64,000 bases of DNA, taken from positions 57,722,001 through 57,786,000 of the forward strand of contig NC_042997.1 in NCBI RefSeq assembly GCF_006345805.1, in the 5' to 3' direction. Positions 61,500 through 64,000 of the stretch are shown piece by piece. Source of the stretch: Octopus sinensis (Eukaryota). Both the position numbers and the translations under genes were made by a program. Every line of letters begins with the position of its first letter. The stretch's first letter is position 1. A model generated the notes under the pieces. It had not been told where the DNA came from, made no database searches, and saw nothing but the letters and a program-made list of their open reading frames with translations.

Positions 61500-62026
61500 G
61501 TAACACGTAGCATCTTATCCAACAAGATTCATGAACTTAGCTGCCCTGAATTATCAGGCTGATCTTGCTACTATAAATATGATTACACCAATGTCTGCCC
61601 TAATGAAACAGTTCTACGATGAAAGATGCTAAACCAGAACCATCTTGGCTTTCTATAGATGCCTACGAATACATTATCCAACTTGTCCTTCTGTTAATAA
61701 ATACGGTAGGATGAGATTTAAGGGAGATTAGGCTGTTATTCTTAGTAATTCGAACGATAACGAAGATTCTTTGCTTAGCTTTTTCAGACAAAATCTCAAA
61801 GTTAAACTATACATCCATTTGATACGAACAAACAATGACAACACTGTATTAAAATACTGGTAAACATAAATGCAATGGTTAGCAATAAGTGATTTCTTAC
61901 ACATATGATTATAAATTCATTGGAAGGATATGGCTGTATGGCAAACACTCCTTTCTTAAGTAACAAAATATGGTGAAATGTACGAAGGAACTAATAATAT
62001 AAGCTTGTGTTTATCTTCATCTCTCG

Positions 62027-62060
<34 letters not shown>

Positions 62061-63300
62061 TTACGAGTTCAGGGGAAAAAATCAAGGAAATTTCAATCGA
62101 CTAGAATATCTTGTTTGGGGAGATTTCGTAAAAATGGGAGTGGAACGGAGTAATTATTATTATTATTATTTTTATTAATAAAGAAAATAAGTAAGTTACT
62201 GAATATCATAGGTAAACATGTTGTGTATGTGTAAGACGTATAGTTAGTATTTTAATGAAGAGAGCAATTTGCTTACTGTGCAGTCAATGAGTTCCACTAG
62301 ATTGTAGTCACATTACTTTAGGATTTAGAATTTTCGCCAAGTTATTCCACTTACGACCACACATTATAGTTTTAAAAAAAACATCATTGAGTGACAGTGC
62401 ATCCATTTCAACAGTGTACATAAATGAATGTGCATTTCCCTGTAAATAGCAATATAAAACTCTGAAACTTGAGAATAATATAAAATTTAATGGCTAGAAT
62501 ATATATGAGGGTACATACAATTTTGTATAGTTTTTCACTAAGACAGAATTACAGCTAAGTTCACACTTTTATGTTAGCGTAGAAATAAAGTTCACAAGTC
62601 TTCATTTGAGCATAATTATGAATAAATATTAACAGTTTGATCATCAAGGAATAAAACAGTAAAAAAGGAATGACGAGATGTCGAACTAAAAAAGTGTAAA
62701 ATGCCTCTCAGCTTTTACCGGAGAGAACTTACCTTAACTCGCAAAATTTATATTAGATCATAATGAGGAGTAAATCAGCCTTATAATCCATTGGAATAAT
62801 ATGATCCTTAGCTATCGGAAAGGGTATTGGCTTTCCGAAAAAGAATACATTTTGGAAAGAAAAATAACCTTATTTCTTAAACCCTAAATTAAGGGAAATT
62901 TTCACTAACCTACCACTTAATGCAAGATGTGAGTTGATTGGTTGAAATAGTTATGTTCGTCTTTTGTTATGGAACGGTGATCAGCCCAAATTTGTTAACG
63001 CTTATAAATCTTCTGGAATTAGTTATTTTACGCATTTATATATATAATTTCATAGTTATGGATACTGATATGAAATGATAACATATTTTTAATTAGGAAT
63101 AAAACAGTATGTCCATTGAACTGAAATGTACTTCGTTATAAAACAATATTTGACCTCTGCAGTAGCGAAATATTAGGACCAGGTTTTAGAGAGAACTGAA
63201 ACTAGGAAACAAGACACGCCTAGATTTGCCAAAAAATTCAATTACCATTTATGGAATCTGCCTAATATATCTGACCAGTATTCTCAAAAATTTCTCCTCT
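61500..63300 (-). promoter_or_regulatory. Putative KLHL20 promoter / first-exon region (CpG-retaining)
   Basis: CpG dinucleotides reappear abruptly after ~45 kb of depletion. A consensus minus-strand donor AAG|GTAAGT has its exon end at 62733. Confidence 0.35.
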
Positions 63301-64000
63301 TTTTCTTAAAAAGAAATAATGTATTTCCTTTTAACTCTTCGTATATTTACATTATTTCAAAAGTTATTTCAACTTAATATTCATTAATTTAATATAGTTA
63401 TTTATCAAGTATTAACATAGTTCCATCTTTCGACATTTTTCAAGAAAGGAAGGGGAGAAAGTCTGGAAAAAACTAAATAGTTATAAGAAAACAAAATCCA
63501 AAAGAAAATTTATAAGATCTTATAACCCAATTATCCATTGTATTTACATTAAAAACTAGCATGGTAAAATATTGTTTTGTTTATTTTCTGTCATCACACT
63601 AGTTTCTTTAAAAGGTTTTACTGCATACAGATATTAAAAATATAAGAATATATTTGTAATTGAATAGATATGCATTTATATATAATAATAATAATAATCT
63701 TTTCTACTATAGTCACAAGGCCTGTAATTTGGTAGGAGGGGCTAGTTGATTACATCAACTCCAGTATTCAAAAAGATAGAAAGTAAAGTCAACCTTTTGA
63801 ACTCAGGGATTTGAACTCAGAGCATAAAATACTTAATTTATTGACCTCTAGAGATGGTGTCTTATCAGGAACAGTTAAAATATTACAAAAGGCAGTCGAT
63901 TATTAGAATAATAAAAGGCAAAGAGGAGACTGCTTGATACTAAGGTTGTTAGTTGGAGCTTAATATCAAAACAGAAAAGTGGCCAGGTTATAAGAACTAT

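Noticed and set aside
1-64000. CRISPR arrays, rRNA genes, operon-like prokaryotic systems
   Set aside because: No regularly spaced repeat-spacer array or rRNA-like sequence; the window is clearly eukaryotic with spliceosomal introns.

Overview
AT-rich (microsatellite- and transposon-dense) animal genomic DNA, most likely an octopus/coleoid cephalopod; this is inferred from the style of the SINE/RTE/MITE repeats and is not confirmed. Three protein-coding genes are well supported. Two are single-exon housekeeping genes on +: TECR (1143-2057) and RBM34/Nop12 (13097-14293). The third is a spliced kelch-like 20/diablo gene on -, with 8 coding exons between 41241 and 31156; all GT-AG junctions are phase-compatible and give 576 aa. 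Its probable non-coding 5' exons lie further right (near 45.2 kb and 62.7 kb). The remainder is a fossil record of mobile DNA: Penelope-like elements, RTE LINEs, several Tc1/mariner elements (including a full-length Hsmar1-like copy), a Helitron remnant, MITEs and tRNA-derived SINEs. I found no convincing new multi-gene system. The best leads are: a possible unannotated 3-exon micropeptide gene between RBM34 and KLHL20; two intronless housekeeping genes in CpG-rich islands about 11 kb apart; a sharp CpG-rich/CpG-poor domain pattern that hints at hidden transcription units; a ~340-bp near-perfect hairpin; a long-TIR element with an 8-bp TSD; and a uORF-laden candidate 5' exon of KLHL20. Repeat boundaries were read by eye and are approximate unless a TSD or TIR is quoted.
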